Assembly: GCA_965215005.1 (NCBI GenBank)
Contig: CBDCCZ010000054.1
Location: forward strand, 32,001 to 96,000
DNA length: 64,000 nt
Reading direction: 5' to 3'
DNA from: Kofleriaceae bacterium
GTDB lineage: Bacteria; Myxococcota_A; Polyangia; Haliangiales; Haliangiaceae
Below are positions 1-11,431 of the stretch, one piece after another. A program made the position numbers and the translations under genes. The notes under the pieces were generated by a model, which was given only the letters and a program-made list of their open reading frames with translations, was not told where the DNA came from and did no database searches. Within the stretch, counting starts at the first letter, position 1, and every line of letters begins with the position of its first letter.

Positions 1-502
1 CGCCGCCCTTGCCGCCTTCAGCGTCGGTGCAAACCGCGATGGATTGCAAGGTCGAAGGAATCTTGGCGTCTTCGCCGGTGAGGTACTTGGCGAACTTATA
101 GGTGCCCATCAACGCACCCTCGGCAGCCAGCTGAGCGGAACGAACTCTATCGCTTGCCTCGAGCGATGGCAGAACCAGCACGAGCTCGTTGGCTCCCGCT
201 TGCGCGGCTGCGGCGCCTGCCTGTGCGGCCAGCTCCCGAATGGTGCTGTGCTCAAAGGAAGACCGCTCGCCGGCGCCGAGCAAGAGCAAGCGCCCGGCGG
301 CGAGCGACTCGCTCATGAACGTCAAGCTTTGGCCCGCCTTACCGGTGAAGCGCTCGGCCTTCGCGGCCGCAGCAAGGCGGCCACCGACGGCTTTATCGAG
401 AGCACCGAAGAGCGGCGTTGCTGATAGGTCCGCGTAGGTGCACACGGCGAGAAGGTCGGTCTTGGTCTCGAGCGGGTGCTCGCTAAGGTGACGAAATTTC
501 AT
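1..502 (-). CDS. pepA: Leucyl aminopeptidase (M17), N-terminal part; runs off window start
   Basis: Manual translation from ATG at 502: MKFRHLSEHPLETKTDLLAV...ERFTGKAGQSL...RLLLLGAGE...GALMGTYKFAKY, matching the Peptidase_M17 N-terminal domain pattern. Absent from the ORF track because no stop lies in the window. Confidence 0.75.
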   Translation of the reverse strand, partial: MKFRHLSEHPLETKTDLLAVCTYADLSATPLFGALDKAVGGRLAAAAKAERFTGKAGQSLTFMSESLAAGRLLLLGAGERSSFEHSTIRELAAQAGAAAAQAGANELVLVLPSLEASDRVRSAQLAAEGALMGTYKFAKYLTGEDAKIPSTLQSIAVCTDAEGGKGG

Positions 503-590
503 ATCTGAGCCCTGAAAGTCCCTGAAATGTTGCATGGTTATACGGAACGTCAGCGGCCTTGTAAAGAACCTGCCTCAGCCCGCTGCGGCG

Positions 591-620
591 TTGACACCGA
601 CGCGACGGCGCGACTACGTT
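591..620 (+). promoter_or_regulatory. Putative sigma70-type promoter for the small ORF at 664
   Basis: TTGACA (591-596), 18-nt spacer, TACGTT (615-620). Confidence 0.5.
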
Positions 621-663
621 TAGCCCGAAAGCGCCTGCTACAGGCTTACCCAGGGGATTGACG

Positions 664-807
664 ATGGCCAAGCGCAGCAAGTCTATCGAAGCCGTCAAAC
701 CGCTCGTCAAACGGGCTCCCATCGCCAAGCGCGGCAAGAAGAAAGCCGGGAAGGCACCGTCACCCCCCGCAGCACTTCCCGAGCCCATCGCCACGTTCCA
801 GCTGTAG
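664..807 (+). CDS. Small Lys/Pro-rich basic protein (47 aa)
   Basis: ATG664..TAG807 encodes MAKRSKSIEAVKPLVKRAPIAKRGKKKAGKAPSPPAALPEPIATFQL. AGGGGA SD upstream, promoter at 591-620, mostly GC-ending codons. Confidence 0.6.
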   Translation: MAKRSKSIEAVKPLVKRAPIAKRGKKKAGKAPSPPAALPEPIATFQL

Positions 808-1001
808 CGTCTGCTGCGGCGCCGCGCGGAAGGCAATCGATTCGAATCTGGGCTCCGGCCGGATGACAAGGCGCGAAGAACGCGCGTAGCAGGCCTGCCC
901 GACCGACGAGCAGCGTCGCCAGGGTAAATGGCGGCGTTTGGAACGAGACACGTGCGCGCGACGCTTCGTCTCGCGGACCGCGACGGGTCGCCGTTCGGAC
1001 G

Positions 1002-1727
1002 TTAGTCAGCCGAAGGCTCGCCCGCTGCGTCGAGAAGGATGCGCTCGAGGCGGAGCGCGTCGGGGTATTTGGTGGCGTGGGCGAAGACGATCCAGGCGCG
1101 CTCATAGCCGGCCGCTAGCTCGACAAGCTCCGCGAGCGCATAGTCGTCAAAGCGGCGTGCGCCCAGGCCGAGCCCTTTCACTCGAAAATACGCAGCTTCG
1201 GTGGGCAGATTGGCCCATAGCGCTGCGCCGGGGCCAAGCGGATCATTGGTGAGAGGGTCGCAAGCCAGGCATACGCCGAGCGTGCCCGCAAACCCCGCGG
1301 CAGCTTCCGGCTCCCACAACCCCGCAGGCTCCCAGACCATCGTGCGGTCGCCGAGCTGCGCCGGCGCCAGGTCACGGAAAAACGCTGTCATGCGCTCACG
1401 ATTGCCGGTGGACGGGGTGAACGAGGCGGGGGTTTGGAACACGAGGGCCTCGGCGTCGAGTCGAGACGCTGCGTCCGCCAGCGCGGCGAGTGCGGACGTC
1501 GTGGTCTCGGTGGCCGCAAACCCGGCGGCGCCGATTGCCGGCGGCGCCACCAGCGCGAAGCGATGCGCCGGCGAGGCTTCCTGCCGCCAGCTATCGAGGA
1601 CCGACGGGCGCGGCGGCGTGCCGGTGAGAGCATCGCATTCCCAAAAACGCAGCTTTTCGAACACGCGCTGACGTCGGAGCCCCGGCGCCAGTCCCGCGAT
1701 TCCGGCGCGGATGGGATGATCAGCCAC
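1002..1727 (-). CDS. DUF72 (YecE-like) domain protein
   Basis: Motifs LVFQTPASF, MVWEP, AYFRVKG and WIVFAH typical of DUF72. Confidence 0.75.
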   Translation of the reverse strand: MADHPIRAGIAGLAPGLRRQRVFEKLRFWECDALTGTPPRPSVLDSWRQEASPAHRFALVAPPAIGAAGFAATETTTSALAALADAASRLDAEALVFQTPASFTPSTGNRERMTAFFRDLAPAQLGDRTMVWEPAGLWEPEAAAGFAGTLGVCLACDPLTNDPLGPGAALWANLPTEAAYFRVKGLGLGARRFDDYALAELVELAAGYERAWIVFAHATKYPDALRLERILLDAAGEPSAD

Positions 1728-1765
1728 GGATTGACTCCCTTTGGGGCGCTGCGTAGAGTGCGCCT

Positions 1766-1999
1766 GTGTCGCCGGCCGATTTCGAGCGCAATCTGGCGCG
1801 CCTGGCCGAGCTCGCTGCCGCGTTGCGGCGGCGGCTCGATGAACGGGAGCGAGGGTTGCGACGGTTGGGGACGGTCATCGACGAGCTCTGCGAGTTGGGC
1901 GCCGACCGCGTCCACGTCCAGGAGTCGCGGCCGGCCGAAAGCGGCGGCAACCCTACGCTCGACATCCGAGCGACGCAAGTGGAGGCCTCGAGCAAATGA
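1766..1999 (+). CDS. Hypothetical protein (77 aa, helical)
   Basis: Fills the gap and overlaps the transaldolase start by ATGA. Confidence 0.45.
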   Translation: MSPADFERNLARLAELAAALRRRLDERERGLRRLGTVIDELCELGADRVHVQESRPAESGGNPTLDIRATQVEASSK

Positions 2000-2640
2000 A
2001 GTTCTTCATCGACACAGCCGACATCGGCGAAATCAAAGAAGCGGCGGCGATGGGGATCATCGACGGCGTCACCACCAACCCCAGCCTCGTGGCCAAGACC
2101 GGACGCAAGTTCCGCGACGTGCTGCTCGAGATCTGCGACATCGTCAAAGGGCCCGTTTCGGCGGAGGTGGTGACCCTCTCGTGCGACGAGATGATGAAGG
2201 AAGCGCGCGAGCTGGCGGCACTGCGACCCAACATCGTGGTCAAGATTCCGCTGATTCCTGAGGGTCTCAAGGCGGTGAAGCTGTGTGCCGAGGAAGGCAT
2301 TCGCACCAACGTCACCCTTTGTTTCTCGGCCACCCAGGCGCTGCTCGCCGCCAAGGCCGGGGCGTCTTACATCTCGCCATTCGTTGGGCGCGTCGACGAC
2401 ATCGGCGGCGAGGGCATGGAAACCGTTGCCGACATCGTGCAGATCTATCGCAACTACGGGTTTGAGACCGAGGTGCTCGTGGCCTCGGTGCGGCATCCGG
2501 TGCATGTTTTGGAGTCGGCCCGAATGGGTGCGCACGTGGCGACGTGTCCGCTCAAGGTCCTGCTGCAGCTCACGCAGCATCCGCTTACCGACGCTGGTCT
2601 CGAGCGCTTTCTGGACGACTGGAAGAATGTGCCGCAGTAG
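1996..2640 (+). CDS. tal: Transaldolase / fructose-6-phosphate aldolase family
   Basis: [22 protein letters not shown] (Schiff-base Lys), [14 protein letters not shown]. Confidence 0.92.
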   Translation: MKFFIDTADIGEIKEAAAMGIIDGVTTNPSLVAKTGRKFRDVLLEICDIVKGPVSAEVVTLSCDEMMKEARELAALRPNIVVKIPLIPEGLKAVKLCAEEGIRTNVTLCFSATQALLAAKAGASYISPFVGRVDDIGGEGMETVADIVQIYRNYGFETEVLVASVRHPVHVLESARMGAHVATCPLKVLLQLTQHPLTDAGLERFLDDWKNVPQ

Positions 2641-2742
2641 CGCTATCGGCGCGACTTGAATGGCAAGTCGGCGCGCGACCTGCTGCCCGCGTTGCGGTTT
2701 GCGCGGCGCGTGGCAGTAGCGTCCGTTCGGCTCGTCGCGTAC

Positions 2743-3381
2743 TCATCGATATGGCGAGGGTCCATCGGCGCGGCGAAAGCCTTCGAAGCCGAGGCGAATT
2801 AGCTGCTGAACGAGCTCGGCGGGGCTGGGAAATTGGCTCGGGTCATCGGCCACTGCCAGCAGAACGCGCTCGACCATGCCGATGTGCGCGTACGCGGTGA
2901 GCATCGGATCGACCTCGCGGACAATCCCTAGCTCGATCGCGACCTCGATGTTGCGCGCTTCAACCGCGGCGAGATCGCGGTAAAAGCCGCGCATCAGTGC
3001 GCTGAGCTGCGGGTCGGGGCCCATCGACTCGCGATACGCGAGCCGCGCGAGCTCGCGGTTGGCTACGACGACCTCCATCAGCTCGAAGGCCGCCGTCTCG
3101 GCGCGGCGGAAAAATTCCACGTGGCTCTGGGCGCCCTCGGCGACGGAGCCACCCACCTTCTGGATGAGCTGCAAGAAGCCGCGGATTACCTCGTGATAGA
3201 TCTCGCGCTTCTCGCTGAAGTAGAGATAGAAGGTGCCCTTGGCGACGCCCGCTCCACGGGTGATGTCATCGACGGTGGTGGCGTGATAGCCCTTGGCGCT
3301 AAACAGCTCGCGGGCGGCGTCTAGCAGGTTTTGGCGGCGCTTGCTCGCGCTAACGGACTGCGTTGGCTTGGCCTTCGCCAT
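2743..3381 (-). CDS. TetR/AcrR family transcriptional regulator
   Basis: N-terminal HTH LF-x-KGYHATTVDDI...GVAKGTFYLYFSEK. Confidence 0.92.
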   Translation of the reverse strand: MAKAKPTQSVSASKRRQNLLDAARELFSAKGYHATTVDDITRGAGVAKGTFYLYFSEKREIYHEVIRGFLQLIQKVGGSVAEGAQSHVEFFRRAETAAFELMEVVVANRELARLAYRESMGPDPQLSALMRGFYRDLAAVEARNIEVAIELGIVREVDPMLTAYAHIGMVERVLLAVADDPSQFPSPAELVQQLIRLGFEGFRRADGPSPYR

Positions 3382-3573
3382 CGCCGATCATCTTTGCGCC
3401 GCCGGCGCAGCGGGTCAAGCGGCACTCTCGCACCGCTGTGTTACCGTTTGCGCCATGCTCGAGGCTAGAGCTTCGTGGTGGGCGAGCGGCGATCGCCGGG
3501 GAGTGCGCCGTAGCTCGCGCGTGATACCTGGCGACGCAGACTCTCGATCATCGGCGCCGCAGGAATCGCCGCC

Positions 3574-4038
3574 ATGACCACGCGAACGGCGTTTTCGGTG
3601 GCCGTCTACGCGCGCCGTGGCGGTCTCGGCGGGCCGGTGTTGGTCATCGCGCACCGTCGATTGGCGACCTGGCTGCCCGTGGGTGGGGAGATGGAAGTAG
3701 GGGAGACGCCGCGGCAGGCTGCGGAGCGCGAGCTGTTCGAGGAGACCGGGCTGACGGGCAGCTTTCCGCCGCTGCAAGGCGCGCTCGACGGGGTGCCTGC
3801 GGGCTTGCTCGGCTACGAAGAACATCTTGCGGGCGCCAAGGGGCTGCACCTGAACTTCGTCTTCGTCGCCGACGTCGCCGCCACCGCCGAGGTGCGGCCA
3901 AACCACGAGTTCACGGCCTTCCGCTGGGTCGAGCGAGTCGCGCTCTCGCAGCTCGACTCGCCACTGAACGTGCGCCAGTTCGGCTATCTGGCTCTCGATG
4001 CACGGCCGGCGGTGGTCACGGCCGCGCAATCGCGCTAG
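3574..4038 (+). CDS. NUDIX hydrolase
   Basis: Nudix box GGEMEVGETPRQAAERELFEETG. Confidence 0.92.
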   Translation: MTTRTAFSVAVYARRGGLGGPVLVIAHRRLATWLPVGGEMEVGETPRQAAERELFEETGLTGSFPPLQGALDGVPAGLLGYEEHLAGAKGLHLNFVFVADVAATAEVRPNHEFTAFRWVERVALSQLDSPLNVRQFGYLALDARPAVVTAAQSR

Positions 4039-4073
4039 AAGGGCGCTGCCGGCTCCAGGCGCGGCAGGAAACC

Positions 4074-4748
4074 ATGGGTGCTCGGCCCCGCATACGCCAA
4101 CACGTCAACCCGCTTGCCACTCGCTTCGCCGAGATGGATGTCACCCCGCCGCGGCTGCCGCGGGGGGGCAGCGTCGAGCTCGAGATAGGCTGTGCCGATG
4201 CGCAGTTCTTGTTCGAGCGCGCGGCGGTCAAGTCAGGTTGTTACATAGGCCTCGAGATCCGCGAAGAGCTCGTGCACGCGGTCAACCAGCAGGCGCGCGC
4301 GGCGGCGCTGCCTATCGAGGCGATCTTTTGCCACGCCAATCTTCACCTGGAGCGGTTGTTTGCGCCTGGCCGGGTCGACCGCGTGTTTCTCAACTTTCCC
4401 GACCCATGCTTCAAGAAGCGTCACCGCAAGCGGCGAATGATCGATGACGGGCTGGGGCGGGCGATTCACCGGGTGCTCGCGCCGGAGGGAGAGCTGTTCT
4501 TTCAAAGCGACGTTTGGGAGGTCGCTCTCGCGGTGATGGACGTGTTCGAGCGGCTCGATTCACTCTTTGCGAATCAAGCCGGACCGTGGTCGTTCTGGAA
4601 GCACGGCAATCCCTACGGCGCCAAGTCGTGGCGCGAACGGTACGTGGAAGGGCAGTCGCTGCCGGTGTGGCGGCTGTTGTATCGCCCGCGCCCGGGGGCC
4701 GTCACTCCGCGGCCAGCTCCATCGCCGAAGGCTCCGGCGCCAGGCTGA
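4074..4748 (+). CDS. trmB: tRNA (guanine-N7)-methyltransferase
   Basis: [37 protein letters not shown] motifs. Confidence 0.9.
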   Translation: MGARPRIRQHVNPLATRFAEMDVTPPRLPRGGSVELEIGCADAQFLFERAAVKSGCYIGLEIREELVHAVNQQARAAALPIEAIFCHANLHLERLFAPGRVDRVFLNFPDPCFKKRHRKRRMIDDGLGRAIHRVLAPEGELFFQSDVWEVALAVMDVFERLDSLFANQAGPWSFWKHGNPYGAKSWRERYVEGQSLPVWRLLYRPRPGAVTPRPAPSPKAPAPG

Positions 4749-6753
4749 GCTCGATTTCCTCGAGCTCTCGAGCGCGGTCGCGAAGTTGGGCGGCGCGCTC
4801 GAACGCGAGATCTTTGGCGGCCTCGCGCATCTCACGGCGCAAACGGTCGATGTTGGCGCGCAGCTCGCGCTGGCTGTGGATGTCGATCTTGTGGATGGTC
4901 TCGGCCGCGCGACTCACGTCGGCGTAGTCGCCCTCGGCGGCCTCGCGAGGTAGCTCGAAGATGGCGCGGGACGCCGAGCGTGGCGTGATGCCGTGCTCGG
5001 CGTTGTAGCTCTTTTGCACTTCCCGCCGCCGCTCGGTTTCATCGATGGCCGCGCGCATCGAGGCGGTGATACGCGCGGCGTAGAGGATGACGCGCCCGTG
5101 CAGGTTGCGTGCAGCGCGACCGATGGTCTGGATGAGCGAGCGCGTCGAGCGCAGAAAGCCTTCCTTGTCGGCGTCGAGAATTGCCACCAGCGACACCTCG
5201 GGGATGTCGAGCCCCTCGCGCAGCAGGTTGATTCCGACGAGCACGTCGAACGCGCCACGGCGTAAGTCGCGGATGAGCTCGATGCGCTCGAGCGTGTCTA
5301 CCTCCGAGTGCAGGTACTTCACCTTGACGCCTAGGTCCGTGTAGTACTCGGTCAGATCCTCGGCCATGCGTTTGGTGAGCGTGGTGACCAGAACCCGCTC
5401 TTTACGCTCCACTCGCAGGCGAATCTCGTGCAGCAGATCATCCACCTGCTCGCCCACCGGCCGCACCTCGAGCTCGGGATCGAGCAGCCCTGTGGGCCGG
5501 ATGATTTGCTCTACCACCACGCCTTGGGCCTTCTGCAGCTCGAACTCAGCCGGGGTGGCGCTCACGTGCACGCATTGGTGGACCCGCTGCTCCCATTCAT
5601 CGAAACGCAGCGGCCGATTATCCAGCGCGCTGGGCAACCGGAACCCGAAGTCGACCAACGTCTCTTTGCGCGAGCGGTCGCCGCGATACATGGCGCCGAT
5701 CTGCGGGATGGTCTGGTGAGATTCGTCGACGAAGCAGAGGAAATCGTCGGGAAAATAGTCGATGAGGGTAGGGGGCGGCTCGCCGGGCGCCCGGCCGGTG
5801 ATGTGTCGCGAGTAGTTCTCGATGCCGGTGCAAAAGCCCATCTGCTCGAGACACTCTAGGTCATACATCGTGCGTTGCTCGAGCCGCTGGCGCTCGAGTA
5901 GCCGCTGCTCTTGCCCGAGCTGCGTGAGTCGCTCGCGCAACTCGACGCGGATCGATTCGACGGCGCGGCGCAGCTGGTCAGCCGGCGTAGCGAAGTGAGA
6001 AGCCGGAAAGATGGCGGTCGACTCGATGGCGCGCTTGACCTTGCCGCGGAGCGGGTCGATTTCCGAGATGCTCTCGATGTCGTCGCCAAACCACTCGATG
6101 CGCACCGCGGTGTCGAGCTCGTAGGCCGGAAACACCTCAACGGTATCCCCGCGCACGCGAAAGGTGCCGCGGTGAAAGTCGTAGTCGTTGCGCTCGTACT
6201 GGAGCTCGACCAAGCGCCGCAGGATGCTGTCGCGCGAGACCTCGGCGCCGACCTCCACGGGGCAGGTCATGGAGGCGTAGACTTCTTGCGCGCCGATACC
6301 ATAGATGCAGGAAACCGAGGCCACGATGATGACGTCGCGTCGCGATAGCAGCGCGTAGGTAGCAGCGTGGCGCATGCGATCGATCTCATCGTTGATGAGC
6401 GAGTCTTTCTCGATAAAGGTATCGGTCGTTGGGACGTATGCTTCGGGTTGGTAATAGTCGTAGTAGCTAACGAAGTAGTGAACGGCGTTGTCGGGGAACA
6501 GGTCGCGAAACTCGCCGTAGAGCTGCGCCGCCAAGGTCTTGTTGGGCGCCATGATCAGCGCCGGTCGGCCGGTGCGCTCGATGACGTTGGCGACGGTGAA
6601 GGTCTTGCCCGAGCCGGTGATGCCCAGGAGCACTTGGTGGGGGTCGGAGCGCGCCAGACCTGCTACGAGCTCATCGATCGCCCGCGGCTGATCGCCGGTG
6701 GGCTCGAAGGGCGACACCAAGCGAAACGGGCTTTGATTGACGCGGGCAGCCAT
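4702..6753 (-). CDS. uvrB: Excinuclease ABC subunit B
   Basis: [47 protein letters not shown] and C-terminal UVR domain. Confidence 0.97.
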   Translation of the reverse strand: MAARVNQSPFRLVSPFEPTGDQPRAIDELVAGLARSDPHQVLLGITGSGKTFTVANVIERTGRPALIMAPNKTLAAQLYGEFRDLFPDNAVHYFVSYYDYYQPEAYVPTTDTFIEKDSLINDEIDRMRHAATYALLSRRDVIIVASVSCIYGIGAQEVYASMTCPVEVGAEVSRDSILRRLVELQYERNDYDFHRGTFRVRGDTVEVFPAYELDTAVRIEWFGDDIESISEIDPLRGKVKRAIESTAIFPASHFATPADQLRRAVESIRVELRERLTQLGQEQRLLERQRLEQRTMYDLECLEQMGFCTGIENYSRHITGRAPGEPPPTLIDYFPDDFLCFVDESHQTIPQIGAMYRGDRSRKETLVDFGFRLPSALDNRPLRFDEWEQRVHQCVHVSATPAEFELQKAQGVVVEQIIRPTGLLDPELEVRPVGEQVDDLLHEIRLRVERKERVLVTTLTKRMAEDLTEYYTDLGVKVKYLHSEVDTLERIELIRDLRRGAFDVLVGINLLREGLDIPEVSLVAILDADKEGFLRSTRSLIQTIGRAARNLHGRVILYAARITASMRAAIDETERRREVQKSYNAEHGITPRSASRAIFELPREAAEGDYADVSRAAETIHKIDIHSQRELRANIDRLRREMREAAKDLAFERAAQLRDRARELEEIELSLAPEPSAMELAAE

Positions 6754-6805
6754 GGCAGCGGGCAAGGGTAGCAGCAAACTCGTAGATGGATACGATAGAG
6801 CCGCG

Positions 6806-7459
6806 ATGCGGAGAACTTCAGTAGACCCACGGCTGCAGCTCCTGCGCGGCTTCTACGCGATCGTCGATCGGTATGACGAGGCCTTGGTACATGCGCTGTT
6901 GGCGCACGCATCCGTCGTGCAGCTTCGGCTAAAGCCGCCAGTGCCTGTTTCCACCCGCGAGCTGCTGGCTACGGCGCGCTGGCTGCGAGCCGCGAGCCGG
7001 CAGCAGCGAGCGCTGCTTGTCATCAATGACCGGCTCGACATCGCACTGGCAGTGGAAGCGGACGCGGTGCATCTCGGCCAGACGGATCTGCCCGCGGAGG
7101 TGGCGCGGCGGGTGGCAGCGAGCGCTGGTCGACCCGACCTACTCATTGGGGTATCGACGCACAATCGCGCGCAGGTGCGCCAGGCGGTGGCTGATGGTGC
7201 CGACTACCTCGGCTACGGTCCGGTATTCGTCACGGCGACCAAAGCCAACCCCGACCCGGTGCAGGGAGTCGAGGCGCTGGCCGCGGCCGTTGCGGCGGCC
7301 GGCGCTACGCCCGTGGTCGCCATCGGTGGGGTCACAGCGGAAACGGTGGCGGCCGTACGCGACGCCGGCGCTGCGGCGGCATGCTGCGTTGCGGCGGTCA
7401 ACGGTGCAGCAGATCCCGCACTGGCGGCGCAGCAGTTTCGCGCTGCGTGGGCGGGCTAA
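6806..7459 (+). CDS. thiE: Thiamine-phosphate synthase
   Basis: [40 protein letters not shown]. Start codon uncertain. Confidence 0.9.
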   Translation: MRRTSVDPRLQLLRGFYAIVDRYDEALVHALLAHASVVQLRLKPPVPVSTRELLATARWLRAASRQQRALLVINDRLDIALAVEADAVHLGQTDLPAEVARRVAASAGRPDLLIGVSTHNRAQVRQAVADGADYLGYGPVFVTATKANPDPVQGVEALAAAVAAAGATPVVAIGGVTAETVAAVRDAGAAAACCVAAVNGAADPALAAQQFRAAWAG

Positions 7460-7529
7460 CGGCGGCTACAAGGCAAGCTCAGGTTTCGAGTTGGCGATGT
7501 AACCTTGACGGCGCTGGCCGCGTCGATCG

Positions 7530-7545
7530 AGGCACGCGCTTTGCG
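7530..7545 (+). promoter_or_regulatory. sigma54 (-24/-12) promoter upstream of the CXXCH protein
   Basis: AGGCACG-CGCT-TTGCG with exact GG-N10-GC spacing; consensus is TGGCACG-N4-TTGCW. Confidence 0.6.
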
Positions 7546-7636
7546 CTACGTTCGTCAACGCTTGCGGCTGAATAGCGGACGGCACGAAGCCGTCTGAGCA
7601 ACGGCCGCTCTGGCCCACATACAAGCTCGAGGAACC

Positions 7637-7939
7637 ATGGCCAAGTATATTCTTTCTACGTTTGCAACGATTGCCGTCGCCGTCATCGGATTTGCTTCGC
7701 TACCTGCCGCCGAAGCCGCCGATGCTTGCCAGCACAAAAGCTTCAAGTCCGAGCTCATCAAAGAAGCGTGTGCCAGTGGCGGCCAGAAGGCTGCCAAGAA
7801 GGCGATGAAGGACTTCGTCAAAGACGCCAAGAAAAAGCAGGACGGGCTCGACTGCGAGAGCTGTCACAGCAGTCTCTCGCCAAAGTACGAGCTCAAGAGC
7901 GACGCGTTCGAACGCTTCAAGAAGCTCGGCGGCAAGTAA
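7637..7939 (+). CDS. Small secreted c-type cytochrome-like protein (single CXXCH)
   Basis: Signal peptide ending AEA, CESCH heme-attachment motif, GAGGA SD. Confidence 0.75.
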   Translation: MAKYILSTFATIAVAVIGFASLPAAEAADACQHKSFKSELIKEACASGGQKAAKKAMKDFVKDAKKKQDGLDCESCHSSLSPKYELKSDAFERFKKLGGK

Positions 7940-8026
7940 CGCCGAGTCGCCGGCCGGGATGAGATGGCCCGTTGTGGACGCCGTTTCATCCCGGCTGGCA
8001 AAGCTAGGTGGGATGAAACGGCGGGG

Positions 8027-8308
8027 TCAGCTGCGCGAGGCTGCTTCGAAGCGGGTGGTCTTCACACGCTTTCGAATCGTGCCGACCAGCATCAGTAGCC
8101 ACAGAGCGCCGAGGACCAGGCCGATGCCGATCCAGCCGGGCTCGCGCTGTTGCCAGCCGCGGATCACCAGCGCGTAGGCCATGGCGGCGGTGAGGACCAG
8201 CGCGCTGAGAATCACCGTTACCAATGGTAGGAACATCGCGACGGCGGCGAGCTTCTTACCCGCGCTCGGAGGCGTCGAAGCTCGCATTTCAAGGCTCTCC
8301 GCCGGCAT
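8027..8308 (-). CDS. Small two-TM membrane protein
   Basis: Two hydrophobic helices followed by a basic tail; co-oriented after cpoB. Start at 8308 or 8287. Confidence 0.6.
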   Translation of the reverse strand: MPAESLEMRASTPPSAGKKLAAVAMFLPLVTVILSALVLTAAMAYALVIRGWQQREPGWIGIGLVLGALWLLMLVGTIRKRVKTTRFEAASRS

Positions 8309-8440
8309 GTGCCGGCTGCGTGGAAGCGCTGCGTCGCAAGGCACTGCAGCTATGAGCGGAGGAACTTGACGCGGGCACCGCGCGCTGCCCGCTCGTCTCA
8401 ACGCAGTGCATCAGCGAGTCCAACATCGGCACGTCCAGGC

Positions 8441-9268
8441 TCAGCTTTCACACTTTTTGCTGTTGCTACTGTCGCCCCGCAGCTCTCGGTCTTTGGCTTT
8501 GGCTTTGTTGCTGAAGCTCGAGCGCGGATACTTCTGCCGCAGCAGGCCGAAGTAGGCGCGCGCCTCGGTGCAGTGTTTGAGTGCTTGCGCGGCCTCGCCG
8601 GCGCGAAATAGCGCGTCGTCGGCAAGCGAGCTCTTTTCCCACTTGGTCCAGACTCGTTGAAACTCTGTGATCGCTGGATCGTGCTGGCGCTCGCGCAGAT
8701 ACGACTCGGCAAGCATGTACTGCGCGTTATCAGCGCGCTCGTAGCCGGGATACCTGACGACCACCCGCTTGAGCAGCTCTCGGGCGGCTTCGAAGTTGCC
8801 AGCTTCGAACGCCGCTTTGCCCTTTTCGAACGCTTCGCCCGCGGTCTCGGTGATGGGCGAGCCGTTCTTCTCGAGCGCCGCTATTCGGGCTGCCAGCGCG
8901 CTGAGCTGTTCTTGCAACAGCTGCTGCTCGGACTTCATCGCGGCGACCTCGGTCTGCACCTCATCGGTGTAGCGTTTGGCAGCCGTTAGCAGCCCGCGCA
9001 TGGAGCGCATCTCCGCGGATAAGCCCTCGACGTCGGCCCCTAGGTCGGCGCTGTTGCGCTTGAGCACCCCGGTGGCCTCATCGATCACTTCCTGAAGCCG
9101 TTTGACCTTGGTCTCGACGGTCTCTTCTTTGGTAGAGACCCGTTGCTGCAGCTGATTGACGTCTTTTTGCAGGGCCTCGCCCTCGCTCTTTGTGGTCACC
9201 CAGAAGCAGCCGCCGAGCGTGGTGCTGGCGACCAGAAGCAGACTGCAAACGATGAGCTTCATGGTCAT
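8441..9268 (-). CDS. cpoB: CpoB/YbgF-like TPR lipoprotein
   Basis: Lipobox LGGC, coiled coil, TPRs (ADNAQY, ADDALF, KYPRS). Follows a Pal-like gene with ATGA overlap. Confidence 0.8.
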   Translation of the reverse strand: MTMKLIVCSLLLVASTTLGGCFWVTTKSEGEALQKDVNQLQQRVSTKEETVETKVKRLQEVIDEATGVLKRNSADLGADVEGLSAEMRSMRGLLTAAKRYTDEVQTEVAAMKSEQQLLQEQLSALAARIAALEKNGSPITETAGEAFEKGKAAFEAGNFEAARELLKRVVVRYPGYERADNAQYMLAESYLRERQHDPAITEFQRVWTKWEKSSLADDALFRAGEAAQALKHCTEARAYFGLLRQKYPRSSFSNKAKAKDRELRGDSSNSKKCES

Positions 9269-9957
9269 TTCCACTTGAATTCGACCCGTCTATCGCGGTC
9301 TTCGCCGGCGCCGGCGGGCACGGTCTCGCCTTTGGGAACTACGTGAAAGCGGGCCGGGTCGACGCCGAGGCGGGCCAGATAGTCCGCCACCGTCTGCGCG
9401 CGCCGTTCTGAAAGCGCGATGTTGTATTCCTCGGTGCCGCTGGCATCGGTGTGGCCCTCGATGAAAACGCCGCGCGCGGGCGGCGCCTTCTGAATGCACT
9501 GCGCGGTGCCGCTTAGAGTCTCGCGAGCTTCCGGCCGAACCGACGCGTCGTCGAAGTCGAAGTAAACGGTGGTGAGCGCGCAGTCGAGGTTGGGATCGGT
9601 CTCGTTCATCCACGGGCGCTGACACTTGTTTTCGACGCAGTCTTCATCGTCCTCGCAGTCCTCGTTGCGGTCGCAGTAGCCCGGTTGACTGCGCGGATCG
9701 ACCTCGGAGACCGCATCGGGATCGGCGACACACGCGCCCAACTTGCAGACCTGCCCGCTGGCGCAGTGGTCGTCTTGGCCGCACTGCTGGCAGCGCTTGT
9801 TCACGCAGTGCTCGCCCTCACGGCAGTCCTTGTCCTTGCCGCACGTGGGATATTTCAGCTTCTTGTCGCCGCAACCGCCGGCCAGCGCCGCGAGCAGCCC
9901 TGCCACGAGAAGTACGACGCAGGTCCAATGGCGATCCCGCTCGAAGATGATGCGCAT
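9265..9957 (-). CDS. Pal/OmpA-family peptidoglycan-binding lipoprotein with Cys-rich N-terminal repeats
   Basis: Lipobox AGGC, CxxDxDC repeats, then VYFDFD, IEGHTD, YNIALSERRA, DRRVE. Confidence 0.88.
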   Translation of the reverse strand: MRIIFERDRHWTCVVLLVAGLLAALAGGCGDKKLKYPTCGKDKDCREGEHCVNKRCQQCGQDDHCASGQVCKLGACVADPDAVSEVDPRSQPGYCDRNEDCEDDEDCVENKCQRPWMNETDPNLDCALTTVYFDFDDASVRPEARETLSGTAQCIQKAPPARGVFIEGHTDASGTEEYNIALSERRAQTVADYLARLGVDPARFHVVPKGETVPAGAGEDRDRRVEFKWK

Positions 9958-10063
9958 ACTGCCGCGAACGGTATGCGCGGTCGCGCCACGAGTCAATGTC
10001 TGAGGTGGGCGTCGCGGCGGGTGGAAGCATCCTCGCGGGTCGGCTGTTATGGTCGTATCGTTC

Positions 10064-11425
<1,362 letters not shown>

Positions 11426-11431
11426 AGCTGC

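Noticed and set aside
4702..4748. 47-nt convergent overlap of the trmB and uvrB 3' ends
   Set aside because: It involves only low-complexity tails, which is common in GC-rich genomes.
6754..6806. TPP riboswitch before thiE or thiD
   Set aside because: There is no room and no CUGAGA/ACCUG core; thiD overlaps the gcdH stop codon.
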